From the IMG/VR virus record IMGVR_UViG_3300027754_000069, positions 18,689 through 82,688 of that record: 64,000 bases of DNA. One strand, written 5' to 3'. Made by a program: the position numbers and the translations under genes. This stretch comes from a virus. The notes beneath the pieces were generated by a model, which was not told where the DNA came from, searched no databases, and saw nothing but the letters and a program-made list of their open reading frames with translations. Positions 8,394-16,554 of this stretch are shown here, piece by piece (positions within the stretch are counted from its first letter, which is position 1; every line of letters begins with the position of its first letter).

Positions 8394-8425
8394 GATAGCA
8401 TAGCAAAGCTATGCATATATATAGG
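8394..8425 (+). promoter_or_regulatory. Hairpin element H3 (GATA-GCATAGC-AAA-GCTATGC-ATATATATA)
   Basis: Seen directly; intergenic. Confidence 0.7.
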
Positions 8426-8459
8426 AGGCAAGACCAAACCCAACCGAAAGGAAACGATA

Positions 8460-8927
8460 ATGACAGCAATAGAACAAGCAGTACAAGAAGCAGTAGGCAT
8501 AGCATCACTCAGCGAAGCAGATAAACTGCGAGTTGACCTTGAAAGCGCAAGCACCACAGTCAACGCACTCCGCGTCGCCGTCAACAATCATCGCAATCAA
8601 GTACGTGATTTATACACAGCACTCAACGACACCATCCAAGATGGTGGATGTGAAGAGACAAGCAACATCACCTTCGGTGAGTTGTCCGAGATACTCAAAG
8701 ATGTATTCGGTAGTGAACTGGTGTTCACTAAAGAGTACGAAGTGCAGGTTCGATACACCATGTATGCAACGTTCAAGATAACAGCAGCATCTGAAGATGA
8801 TGCTCGTTCAATCGCCGAAGAGATTGGTATCAGCACAGACCCAGAGTGGGATATCGATACCGATAACACAGAGCCAGACTCATGGCATATCGATGACACA
8901 CGTATCGACTACATACAGGAGGCATAA
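8460..8927 (+). CDS. Coiled-coil/acidic hypothetical protein
   Basis: Homolog at 50570..51040; CGAAAGGA SD. Confidence 0.85.
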   Translation: MTAIEQAVQEAVGIASLSEADKLRVDLESASTTVNALRVAVNNHRNQVRDLYTALNDTIQDGGCEETSNITFGELSEILKDVFGSELVFTKEYEVQVRYTMYATFKITAASEDDARSIAEEIGISTDPEWDIDTDNTEPDSWHIDDTRIDYIQEA

Positions 8928-8929
8928 CG

Positions 8930-9193
8930 ATGGCAACAATCAGACGAGGTGCGACCTGCCCCAATGGGGCAGTCATCGTCGACGCTAAAAACTCATGGGT
9001 AGATGGTGAGAAAATCATCCTCTGCCTATGGCTGAAAGACATACAAGGTAGCGAACCAATGCTACGAAACGCTGACCCTTACGTAACTTGGAGGGCATAC
9101 CTCCACCCAGATACAGGGGAAATCGTATGTAACACTGGTCATTACCATGACAAACTCTCCGATGCAGTTGTTGACTTTGCCAGCCGTATCTGA
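8930..9193 (+). CDS. Hypothetical protein
   Basis: Homolog at 51040..51297 (LCLW, DPYVTW, TGHY). Confidence 0.85.
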   Translation: MATIRRGATCPNGAVIVDAKNSWVDGEKIILCLWLKDIQGSEPMLRNADPYVTWRAYLHPDTGEIVCNTGHYHDKLSDAVVDFASRI

Positions 9194-9234
9194 GAATATA
9201 TTCTCACAACCAACCCGACCCGAAAGGAAATGAT

Positions 9235-10209
9235 ATGACAACAAGAACAGAACGACGCCAAGCAATGAGCGTGGCAGGTTACGAAGTAACAGCAACATCA
9301 GCACATGATGCAGCAGTACAAGCAGGACTTGACTGGCAAGTTTCACTTGCTGAGGTTGAAGCCATCGCATTAAACAACGACGGCGTTAGCCGTCTGCCAG
9401 TACCGAATACATTCGCCACTGTACGTACCGATAAGGATGGCGGACAGTCTGTACTAGGTACAGTTGGTAGCCGATACAAAGTATTCCAGAATGATGAGAT
9501 GTTCTCAGCGTTGGATGCACTGGTTGACTCTGGTGAAGCCAGATATGCAGCAGCTGGTGCATTACGTGACGGTGCTCAAGTCTGGATGACACTTGCACTT
9601 CCAAAGGAAGTGAAGATTGCAGGTGACCCACATGCAGGGTACTTACTAGCACGAACATCACACGATGGTTCATGTTCACTTGGTATCCAGCCAATCGTTA
9701 ACCGATTGTTCTGCACCAATCAAATCTCTGGCATCTTCCGTAAGGATACGAAGTATTCCTTGCACCACACAACCAACGCTAACCTCAAGGTCAATGACCT
9801 TCGCAAGATGTTAGATGTAATCTATACTGGCATCGAGACATATGAATCTGTGGCTGACCAGTTGTTGAATACAACTGTAAGTGACAATCAAGTTGAAGCC
9901 ATCTTCAAGAAGATGTGGTCATTACCTAGTACAACAGAGTCAGCACCATACTTCCGTCTCTCCACAGGGGAGAAGCGCCAGTTCAACAAAGCAACTGAGG
10001 CTCGTACTCAAGCAATGAATATCTACCAAGGTAGCACTGGTACACAGGAAAACATTAAAGGCACAGCCTTCGGTGCTTTCCAAGCCATCGTTGAGTACGT
10101 CGACTGGTTCAGCCACAAATCAGGAGCAGTACGTGCTGAACGTGTGGTGTCTGGTTCATTCGACCGAACTAAGAGCAAGGCTCTTGAACTAATCACGAGA
10201 GGGGTATAA
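9235..10209 (+). CDS. DUF932 family phage/plasmid protein
   Basis: AGLDWxV, LGTVGxRYKVFQN, TSHDGS, RLFCTNQ, HT and GTAFGAFQA motifs. Confidence 0.85.
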   Translation: MTTRTERRQAMSVAGYEVTATSAHDAAVQAGLDWQVSLAEVEAIALNNDGVSRLPVPNTFATVRTDKDGGQSVLGTVGSRYKVFQNDEMFSALDALVDSGEARYAAAGALRDGAQVWMTLALPKEVKIAGDPHAGYLLARTSHDGSCSLGIQPIVNRLFCTNQISGIFRKDTKYSLHHTTNANLKVNDLRKMLDVIYTGIETYESVADQLLNTTVSDNQVEAIFKKMWSLPSTTESAPYFRLSTGEKRQFNKATEARTQAMNIYQGSTGTQENIKGTAFGAFQAIVEYVDWFSHKSGAVRAERVVSGSFDRTKSKALELITRGV

Positions 10210-10211
10210 CT

Positions 10212-10442
10212 ATGACGGAGAATCCGTTACAAAAATATGTAGATGAGTTTGACCAAGAGGTTGCTCAGCCTCCGCTATCAGCGGAGGATGGGCAGTACCT
10301 ACTCAAAGCTTTGGATTATCTAGCCATCTACTCAGAAAAAAATAATCAACCAGAATTGGTTGAGCAGCCACGTCATGATGAACTAGAAGTAACCATGACT
10401 GCCGTCACCCTGTATTCACGACAGGAGAATACCGATGGGTAA
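10212..10442 (+). CDS. Hypothetical protein
   Basis: Homolog at 52317 (KALDYL). Confidence 0.8.
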   Translation: MTENPLQKYVDEFDQEVAQPPLSAEDGQYLLKALDYLAIYSEKNNQPELVEQPRHDELEVTMTAVTLYSRQENTDG

Positions 10443-10662
10443 ACTTGAGAACAACACCACGTTAGTGGTGCGTGAACCATCGCTAGTAATTAGACCTGTC
10501 GCTGGATGGTCATGGTATTGTGGATATCATGATACCTATGGTATCGGTGACGATGAGGACGAAGTTCTCTGGATGGCTGGTGCTCACATGTACTACAAAG
10601 AAGCAGACGGTGATGTCTGTGAAATCTATACACGAGAATGGGAAGTGAGGAAAGAAGCATGA
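10435..10662 (+). CDS. Hypothetical protein
   Basis: Homolog at 52516 (GWSWYCGYHD). Confidence 0.85.
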   Translation: MGKLENNTTLVVREPSLVIRPVAGWSWYCGYHDTYGIGDDEDEVLWMAGAHMYYKEADGDVCEIYTREWEVRKEA

Positions 10663-10790
10663 TACATATAGCAAGTGTGGTTCTTATCTGTGCTTACTGC
10701 AATGCAGAGATTGAACGACGCACAGAACTAGAAGCAACCGAAGCACTGGCTCACCATCAGCAGTACGTCCAGTGTATTAAGAACTACTAA
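10659..10790 (+). CDS. 43-aa Zn-finger-like protein (CxxC..H..C)
   Basis: Read manually; homolog at 52740..52871. Confidence 0.8.
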   Translation: MIHIASVVLICAYCNAEIERRTELEATEALAHHQQYVQCIKNY

Positions 10791-11122
10791 TGGCACGACC
10801 ACGTCCAACTGAAATCAAGTTAGTTGCTAACTTGTTAGACCCAGACAACACAAACTCCGAAAGTGCTAGCGAGTTAGCGTTAGAGATTATCGAAGCTCTT
10901 GATGTATCAAGAGGTAAGCGTGACTCTTATGTACTCGTAGCACAGCTTGCAAGGTGGGCTCCAGTTCAAGCGTGGGGTGAGTTCAACACACAACTACAAG
11001 CAGAGAAGTTTGTTAAGCATCTGACTGCCGTAGATATAGAAGGCGATGGGGGCAGAGCCCTCATCGTCCACCTCGAACAACCAGAAAAACTATTAGAACG
11101 GATTGGAGAATCGAAGAAATGA
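10790..11122 (+). CDS. Hypothetical protein
   Basis: Homolog at 52871..53194. Confidence 0.85.
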   Translation: MARPRPTEIKLVANLLDPDNTNSESASELALEIIEALDVSRGKRDSYVLVAQLARWAPVQAWGEFNTQLQAEKFVKHLTAVDIEGDGGRALIVHLEQPEKLLERIGESKK

Positions 11123-11262
11123 TTACATTTATTATCGCATCAGCAGTAGGTTTCTTTGCCTATCGGTTGGGTAAGAAGAAAGGCGAAGCCGATATGTATC
11201 GGCTTTGCTATGACGCCGAACAAACCAAGAGAGAATTCTTCTCAGGCATAAGTCGGTGGTAA
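11119..11262 (+). CDS. Small membrane protein
   Basis: Read manually: MITFIIASAVGFFAYRLG...REFFS; homolog at 53194..53361. Confidence 0.75.
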   Translation: MITFIIASAVGFFAYRLGKKKGEADMYRLCYDAEQTKREFFSGISRW

Positions 11263-11266
11263 AGGG

Positions 11267-11302
11267 AGAGGCGGGGGATTATTCCTCCGCCTTTTCTTTT
11301 TC
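11267..11302 (+). terminator. Terminator at early/replication convergence
   Basis: AGGCGGGGGA..TCCTCCGCCT stem plus T-run; equivalent at 53372-53404. Confidence 0.7.
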
Positions 11303-12058
11303 ACGCGCCTGTGCCTTCATGCTATTCATCATCGTAATCCAATAGAGTTTATAGAACTCTTCATCATATGCAAACCGTTTCATATGCTTAACCCCAGCAC
11401 CAGTATGACCATACAATGGGACGCCTGCTTCCTTCATGTTCATGAAGAACTGGATATCCTCACCAATAAATCTATCCTTGCCATCAGCGCTGCCACCATC
11501 TGTCTCTAAGAACAGTGGCTTATCGCCATGGAATTCTCGTATCTTGTCAGCTGCATTGCGATGCATAAGTAAGAAGCCAAACCCAGCGTAATCAATCTTA
11601 AGTAATTCATTCGGTGGCAAGGGATGGATGTATGACATGCTGTACTTATCATCCTCCGATGCATGAAACAGCGCAGCATACGGCTGCATGATAGAGCTTT
11701 CCATCTGCTTACTAATGTAATAGGTTCCGCTAACAACAGGTCGGTTGACTGGGTCAGCTGAATCCCATACCAACTTAAGCGCCTCGTTCGTAAGAACGAT
11801 GTCGCTATCTACCCAGAGTATCCAATCAAAGTTAGTCTTCTTATGCCAAGTATCGAACGCTGTCTCACGTTGCCTGCCTATCTGATTGCCTTGCACACGC
11901 TGAGCTGATGTGATTGGTAGACCCGCAGTTAACAGGGAATACACCACACCTTCCATGAACTTGCCATCAACAGTTCCATTGTCACACCAAGTCAACATGA
12001 TTTGATTGTTAACTACCTTTGGTGTTACCTGCTTAGAAGGATTGCCTGACTTACCCAA
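11279..12058 (-). CDS. Glycosyltransferase (GT-A fold, GT2-like)
   Basis: WILWVDSD DxD motif, AGFGFLLMHR, GEDIxF, GHTG..H; start uncertain. Confidence 0.8.
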   Translation of the reverse strand: MGKSGNPSKQVTPKVVNNQIMLTWCDNGTVDGKFMEGVVYSLLTAGLPITSAQRVQGNQIGRQRETAFDTWHKKTNFDWILWVDSDIVLTNEALKLVWDSADPVNRPVVSGTYYISKQMESSIMQPYAALFHASEDDKYSMSYIHPLPPNELLKIDYAGFGFLLMHRNAADKIREFHGDKPLFLETDGGSADGKDRFIGEDIQFFMNMKEAGVPLYGHTGAGVKHMKRFAYDEEFYKLYWITMMNSMKAQAREKEKAEE

Positions 12059-12227
12059 TGCTACTACCTCCTGCCCATCCTCCACCTTTAAAGTGGATAG
12101 GTGCTGCGACAAACAGCTTAGTTAATGTGACGTTGCAGTCTTCACATTTAGGAAACTCTTCCCCATCTTTGATATTAATCTCTGTAACTTTCTCACAGGT
12201 TACGCATTTGAAATCCCATGTTGCCAT
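12051..12227 (-). CDS. FmdB-like zinc ribbon protein
   Basis: CxxC..CxxC followed by FKGGGW. Confidence 0.85.
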   Translation of the reverse strand: MATWDFKCVTCEKVTEINIKDGEEFPKCEDCNVTLTKLFVAAPIHFKGGGWAGGSSIG

Positions 12228-12865
12228 TAGTATGGTGCTCCCCCTCCAAGTAGTTCTGATATGTCTCGTATCCCTCGTGCTGATATCTGTTCTACTCGCT
12301 GAGGTGAGATGTCCCAAGCTGTTGCTATCTCCGTTAATGGCTGGTCGTGAGCGAAGCGACTGTTAAGTATCCCTTGTGTACGTGGGTCCAGCTTCTTCAT
12401 AGCTCTGTCAACATCAGCCAGCATAGCCAGCAAGTTGTTACCTTCGCTTGCTTGCTTCTTAGCTTTGATGCCATGTACATCTGGGTCTAACACTTGGTTG
12501 GTTAGATGTGCATCTTCGGAACCAAGAACTTTAATTAAACCTTCAATCATTTCAATACGATAGTAGTACTCATCACCAAGCTCATAGCCAAGAGCTCTTG
12601 CCTTTTCTTTGCGAGCGTATCGCTCGCCTGCTCTACGCATGAAAGTAGAGAAAGCTTTGTAACCCATTCGTCTTTCGTTCTCTTCTTCACGCATGAGATA
12701 CTCTTTGACTTTGTCTTTACGTTTCCAAGCGTACTCATTCATAGCTTGCTTGATGTCTGCCTGCTCGGCAAACCTGTGGTATTTCTTTGAAATATTATAT
12801 GAAAGTACAGATGTAATATCGTTTACTTGTTCCCAAATAGAATGGTCGCGGTTCAGCTCAGCCAT
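12227..12865 (-). CDS. Sigma-70-like phage sigma factor
   Basis: C-terminal region-4-like HTH (LTEIATAWDISPQRVEQ) and region-2-like N-terminus. Confidence 0.7.
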   Translation of the reverse strand: MAELNRDHSIWEQVNDITSVLSYNISKKYHRFAEQADIKQAMNEYAWKRKDKVKEYLMREEENERRMGYKAFSTFMRRAGERYARKEKARALGYELGDEYYYRIEMIEGLIKVLGSEDAHLTNQVLDPDVHGIKAKKQASEGNNLLAMLADVDRAMKKLDPRTQGILNSRFAHDQPLTEIATAWDISPQRVEQISARGIRDISELLGGGAPY

Positions 12866-13145
12866 GTGCCTTCACCAGATATTCAATTGACTTAAGCAGT
12901 AGAGCAGGGTCATCACCTAATAAACCAAGGGCGCGATTATGGTTACTGCAAAGTAATCCTCGCACCTTGCCACTCTTATGACAATGGTCGATGTCGAGCG
13001 CTCTGCCTTGGGGAGGTTCACCACAAATGTAGCAAGTCCCACCTTGGTCTTCGAGCATTTGGTCGTACTCTTCCACGCTAATACCGTAAGACCGTATGCG
13101 AGAACCACGTGCTTCTTCGTAGGTTTTATTTCTTTTGCGTGGCAT
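12858..13145 (-). CDS. Endonuclease VII family protein
   Basis: YGISxEEY, CYIC, LDIDHCH, VRGLLCxxHNxxLG. Confidence 0.9.
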   Translation of the reverse strand: MPRKRNKTYEEARGSRIRSYGISVEEYDQMLEDQGGTCYICGEPPQGRALDIDHCHKSGKVRGLLCSNHNRALGLLGDDPALLLKSIEYLVKAHG

Positions 13146-13443
13146 ACTTCTCCCAGATGCCTCGCTCTACCATTAACGCAATGATTGCGTAGTTGGCTAT
13201 GTCAACGAAGCTATCTTCAAGTGCCTCGTTGTTTGGTTCAATATTGTTATAGATTAAATTCTTTAATCGTTCCAGCTTATCTGACATACGAACCATCAAC
13301 CCATTGGTTGCACCACCAGGTGCATTCCATATATTAAGGGGACCGTAATCAATTTGCTTCATTACTAAAATAGATAGAAGCTCATCGTAAATTCCTTGAG
13401 CGTCTTCCTGGAAATTATCGATGGTTAGTTTGTTCGTTGCCAA
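13126..13443 (-). CDS. DUF1599 / nucleotide-modification-associated domain protein
   Basis: KQxDYG, RMSDKLERL, EDSFVDIANYAII. Confidence 0.8.
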   Translation of the reverse strand: MATNKLTIDNFQEDAQGIYDELLSILVMKQIDYGPLNIWNAPGGATNGLMVRMSDKLERLKNLIYNNIEPNNEALEDSFVDIANYAIIALMVERGIWEKYATQKK

Positions 13444-13454
13444 CGGAGCCCTTT

Positions 13455-14102
13455 CTAATCGTCTAGTGCATTAATCAATGCTGTTAATGCTTGAGCTCCT
13501 TGGTCAGCAATTATACTATTGATATCAGAATCAGGCGGTAACGACACGCGCATGGCTTGAGGTATTGCATCTACTAATCTGCGAGCCAAGTCCTGTCCTG
13601 GATTAGAACCATCTTCTTTAACATCGTTATCTGTGGCTACAATTACTCTACCTATGCCATCAAAACAACGTGAGAAATAAGGCTTCCAAGCGTTAACGCC
13701 AGCAACAGCGACAGCAGGATGCCCAGCAAGAGTAGCAGATATCGCATCAATCTCTCCTTCAACTATTAATACCTCCCTTACAGCATGAATGATTGCGTTG
13801 ACATTATATAGATGGTGCTTCTGACCAGTAGGTATCATGTACTTAGGGTCACCATCATCAATCCGACGGAACTTGAACCCGACAACACCAGCATTAGTAA
13901 TATACGGAATAGATAAATGCTTTTTAATTCTGTCTTCATGACCAGCAGCAGGTTCTTCCACGTAGCCCAACAGGAATTGTTGGGCGCCAGCAAGGATGCC
14001 ACGCTTCTCAAGGTACGCCTCAGCTGGTGAACCAGCCAAAGAATTATGATAGGTGTGTGCTGCCTTTGTCCAGAGTTCAATGAGCTTAGGATTGGTTCTC
14101 AC
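13455..14102 (-). CDS. DNA primase catalytic (Toprim) half
   Basis: YLEKRGI, IPY, KFRR, KY, VEGEIDA, DND. Confidence 0.9.
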   Translation of the reverse strand: MRTNPKLIELWTKAAHTYHNSLAGSPAEAYLEKRGILAGAQQFLLGYVEEPAAGHEDRIKKHLSIPYITNAGVVGFKFRRIDDGDPKYMIPTGQKHHLYNVNAIIHAVREVLIVEGEIDAISATLAGHPAVAVAGVNAWKPYFSRCFDGIGRVIVATDNDVKEDGSNPGQDLARRLVDAIPQAMRVSLPPDSDINSIIADQGAQALTALINALDD

Positions 14103-14629
14103 TTCTTCTCCTGTCTATGTGTAATGAATGGAGGCGCAGTATACACATCATTACGAGCAGCAATCTGCATTGCTTGCTTCCATGTTGCCCCGCCTGCCAG
14201 TGCGCCAAGAGCCCATGATGAGCCAGACCCTATCCCATACAGACCATCGTCACGCAGGTATACAGAATAGTTATCATCTACTTGGTAGATGGTGCCGTTG
14301 ATTGCTAATAAAAATTCAAACCCAGCATCCTCGTCATCCTTACTTGGGGTATAGCCAGAATCTTTGATGCACTCTCTCATGCTAGGTACAACTGTTGTAA
14401 TCATAAAATGATATTCATCTTTAATGTTAGCTGGGATAGTTGGTGGTTTCCACACGTGCTGCATCACATCGCATGGTTGTACGTCACCAGCACCAGCAAC
14501 CAACCACTTGCCACGTTTAGTTATCTTAGTAACTATCGGATGCGAGAATGGTCTACCGCCTGCGGTAGTACGTGAGTCGGCTGCAAATATGCAGCCGTTG
14601 TCTTGTTGGATACCAATGATAGTTGTCAC
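14099..14629 (-). CDS. Proteasome-beta/HslV-like N-terminal Thr (Ntn) hydrolase
   Basis: GTG start overlapping upstream stop gives (M)TTIIG..AADSR..K..AG..GSGS..ALGAL..D.YT. Confidence 0.85.
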   Translation of the reverse strand: MTTIIGIQQDNGCIFAADSRTTAGGRPFSHPIVTKITKRGKWLVAGAGDVQPCDVMQHVWKPPTIPANIKDEYHFMITTVVPSMRECIKDSGYTPSKDDEDAGFEFLLAINGTIYQVDDNYSVYLRDDGLYGIGSGSSWALGALAGGATWKQAMQIAARNDVYTAPPFITHRQEKK

Positions 14630-14958
14630 AGTGAAGCCCTCAATCTTGGTGGCGTCCAACGCCCACTTGACTTCTTACGTCCACGAGTTGGAGCAGACTG
14701 CTGTGATTCCTTGCCAATGTTTTTCTCTGCCCACTTACGAGCTTCTGGGTATGTTAGCTTCTCACGAGCCATGATTATCTGTATACCAGAACCACTTCCG
14801 CTACATGCATAACATACCCAGACGCCCTTGTCTGAGTTTACTGAAGCAGACTTACGTGAGTCGTCATGTACAGGACACAAGATTGATTTCTCCCCGCCAA
14901 GTGGCAAGGTCAATCCGTAATGACTGAAGACTGCTTCTAAAAACTCAGACTGATTCAT
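14626..14958 (-). CDS. DNA primase CHC2 zinc-binding half
   Basis: CPVHDD..SASV...CYAC..G. Confidence 0.9.
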   Translation of the reverse strand: MNQSEFLEAVFSHYGLTLPLGGEKSILCPVHDDSRKSASVNSDKGVWVCYACSGSGSGIQIIMAREKLTYPEARKWAEKNIGKESQQSAPTRGRKKSSGRWTPPRLRASL

Positions 14959-14961
14959 TTG

Positions 14962-15339
14962 TTAATACCAATTCCTTTCCTGGTGGAACCTGTACGCCCC
15001 GCACCAAGTGTCATAACGATGAAGCACATACTTGTGTGCCTCCTGAGTCTGTTTGAGTATAGACCAATGAGGTTTCCCCCATAGTAGCTGCCATACTCCA
15101 CGTGCTCCACTCGATTTGTTGAATGAATCCGTGTTGTAGCGACTCTCTTTGTACGCAATACGTTTTGCACATAGTCGCTGCTCTTTCTCGGTTACGAACT
15201 GAGCAATTGCATACTCCACCTTCTGCTCTTTTGTCATTACTGACATACGAACTTCTTGTGTGAGTATGGGTGACAACGCTTGTGCTGGTGAAACCAGCGC
15301 CATCGCTGTTGCTATGCCCATCGTTATCGCTAACCGCAT
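14962..15339 (-). CDS. Secreted lysozyme-like/SLT transglycosylase-type protein
   Basis: Signal peptide (AQA); C...KESRYN..N.SSGARGxxQL..Y..RY..C.A..F...WY. Confidence 0.75.
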   Translation of the reverse strand: MRLAITMGIATAMALVSPAQALSPILTQEVRMSVMTKEQKVEYAIAQFVTEKEQRLCAKRIAYKESRYNTDSFNKSSGARGVWQLLWGKPHWSILKQTQEAHKYVLHRYDTWCGAYRFHQERNWY

Positions 15340-15377
15340 AGTTACCTCTTTTCATTTTGTGAGTAGCCGTAACTTGC

Positions 15378-15731
15378 TCACTGATGTCCATTGTAACCTG
15401 CCTGTTTAAGCAGATTCACCCAGAGTTCCGCAGGCATTACTGCATACGACTCTGAGATATTAGAAGTGCCACGCTTCTTGATTAACACAACGCCTGTCTC
15501 TGCATCGGCATGTGTCATCTCATTCTCCAGTTCCCGAAGATACTGAGGAATTCTAATTGCTTTCTCATTCTTACATTCTATAACCACACCATTGATACCG
15601 TCAATATCTCCGACATCATCGTGTCTGCCTGCACCATATGCGCGTTCAGCGCATGGATAGCCCATGGTTACTAACCACTTAACTACATCACGTTCGTACT
15701 GTGAGCCTTTACGTTTAGCTGCTGATGTCAT
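15378..15731 (-). CDS. Holliday junction resolvase (Hjc-like PD-(D/E)XK)
   Basis: KRKGSQYER, GDI, IECKN. Confidence 0.85.
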   Translation of the reverse strand: MTSAAKRKGSQYERDVVKWLVTMGYPCAERAYGAGRHDDVGDIDGINGVVIECKNEKAIRIPQYLRELENEMTHADAETGVVLIKKRGTSNISESYAVMPAELWVNLLKQAGYNGHQ

Positions 15732-15997
15732 ACGTAATCTCCTGGTATCAATGAGTCTAGTTTTATATTTAACTTACGACGTATCTTCATTCTTTCACGT
15801 GGTGTCAATCCACCCCATAGACCATACCCTTCATGGAGTACTGCCCAGTCAAGACATTCTTTCTTTACTTGACAACCAGAACATATTTTTTTACCAAAGG
15901 AATACATTGATGTATCACCTTCGTTCTCAGAATCTGGGTAAAAAAAATCGCTACCAACTTCTCTGCACTGACCACGTGATAGGTCTGGCATACGCAT
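15728..15997 (-). CDS. whiB: WhiB family transcriptional regulator
   Basis: C..FFYP...KKICxxCxVxxECL...GLWGG..ER. Confidence 0.95.
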   Translation of the reverse strand: MRMPDLSRGQCREVGSDFFYPDSENEGDTSMYSFGKKICSGCQVKKECLDWAVLHEGYGLWGGLTPRERMKIRRKLNIKLDSLIPGDYV

Positions 15998-16007
15998 CTG
16001 TAACTCC

Positions 16008-16169
16008 TTAAGGTCGGCGGTTTAATCTATAAAGATTTTCCCAGTACTTTAACGCAACTTCATCCGTAACTGCAAGATATTGTAACCTTTTTCTTTTTTG
16101 CACACCAAGGTAGGCAAGTACATGCCACTTAATCCAAGCACCACGTATATAGATGGTTGGCTTAATCAT
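16008..16169 (-). CDS. 53-aa hypothetical protein (A only)
   Basis: Read manually: MIKPTIYIRGAWIKWHV...; fills the gap and overlaps the upstream stop. Confidence 0.5.
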   Translation of the reverse strand: MIKPTIYIRGAWIKWHVLAYLGVQKRKRLQYLAVTDEVALKYWENLYRLNRRP

Positions 16170-16554
16170 TCTTTAATTCTTTCATCACATCTAATAGGTT
16201 CTCTACCGTAATCAGATAGCCCTTGCTTCTATTCGGTGGTATCTCACAAGTAATCTCTCGACCAAACTTTTTAATTGCATACAACACATGACCAGTTGGA
16301 ACCATGAGCACACCACGTTCAAGTACGAACGCCCAGTATGCAGCTTTAGTTACCATCACACCTGACGGTTCCCAATTCTGGGAACGTCGATACCAGCATT
16401 CAACTTCTATATATAGGTTATTGGTTGACCACCATTTGCGGTCACGTTTAACTTCTACTGTGCCACCTTCGGTCAGTAGTTGATTTACTAGTGACTCGCC
16501 TTCTTGACCAAATCTAAAATCTAAATCAAATGACGATAGATTTTCTACTGCCAT
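16162..16554 (-). CDS. Putative PD-(D/E)XK-fold nuclease (A allele)
   Basis: FDLD..G..GE, VEVKRD, NLYIE, SG..T.A.YW. Confidence 0.6.
   Translation of the reverse strand: MAVENLSSFDLDFRFGQEGESLVNQLLTEGGTVEVKRDRKWWSTNNLYIEVECWYRRSQNWEPSGVMVTKAAYWAFVLERGVLMVPTGHVLYAIKKFGREITCEIPPNRSKGYLITVENLLDVMKELKND

Noticed and set aside
14424-14774. Antisense ORFs that look conserved in both copies (also 3022-3336, 17466-17981)
   Set aside because: Conservation is explained by the sense genes; starts and lengths differ between copies.
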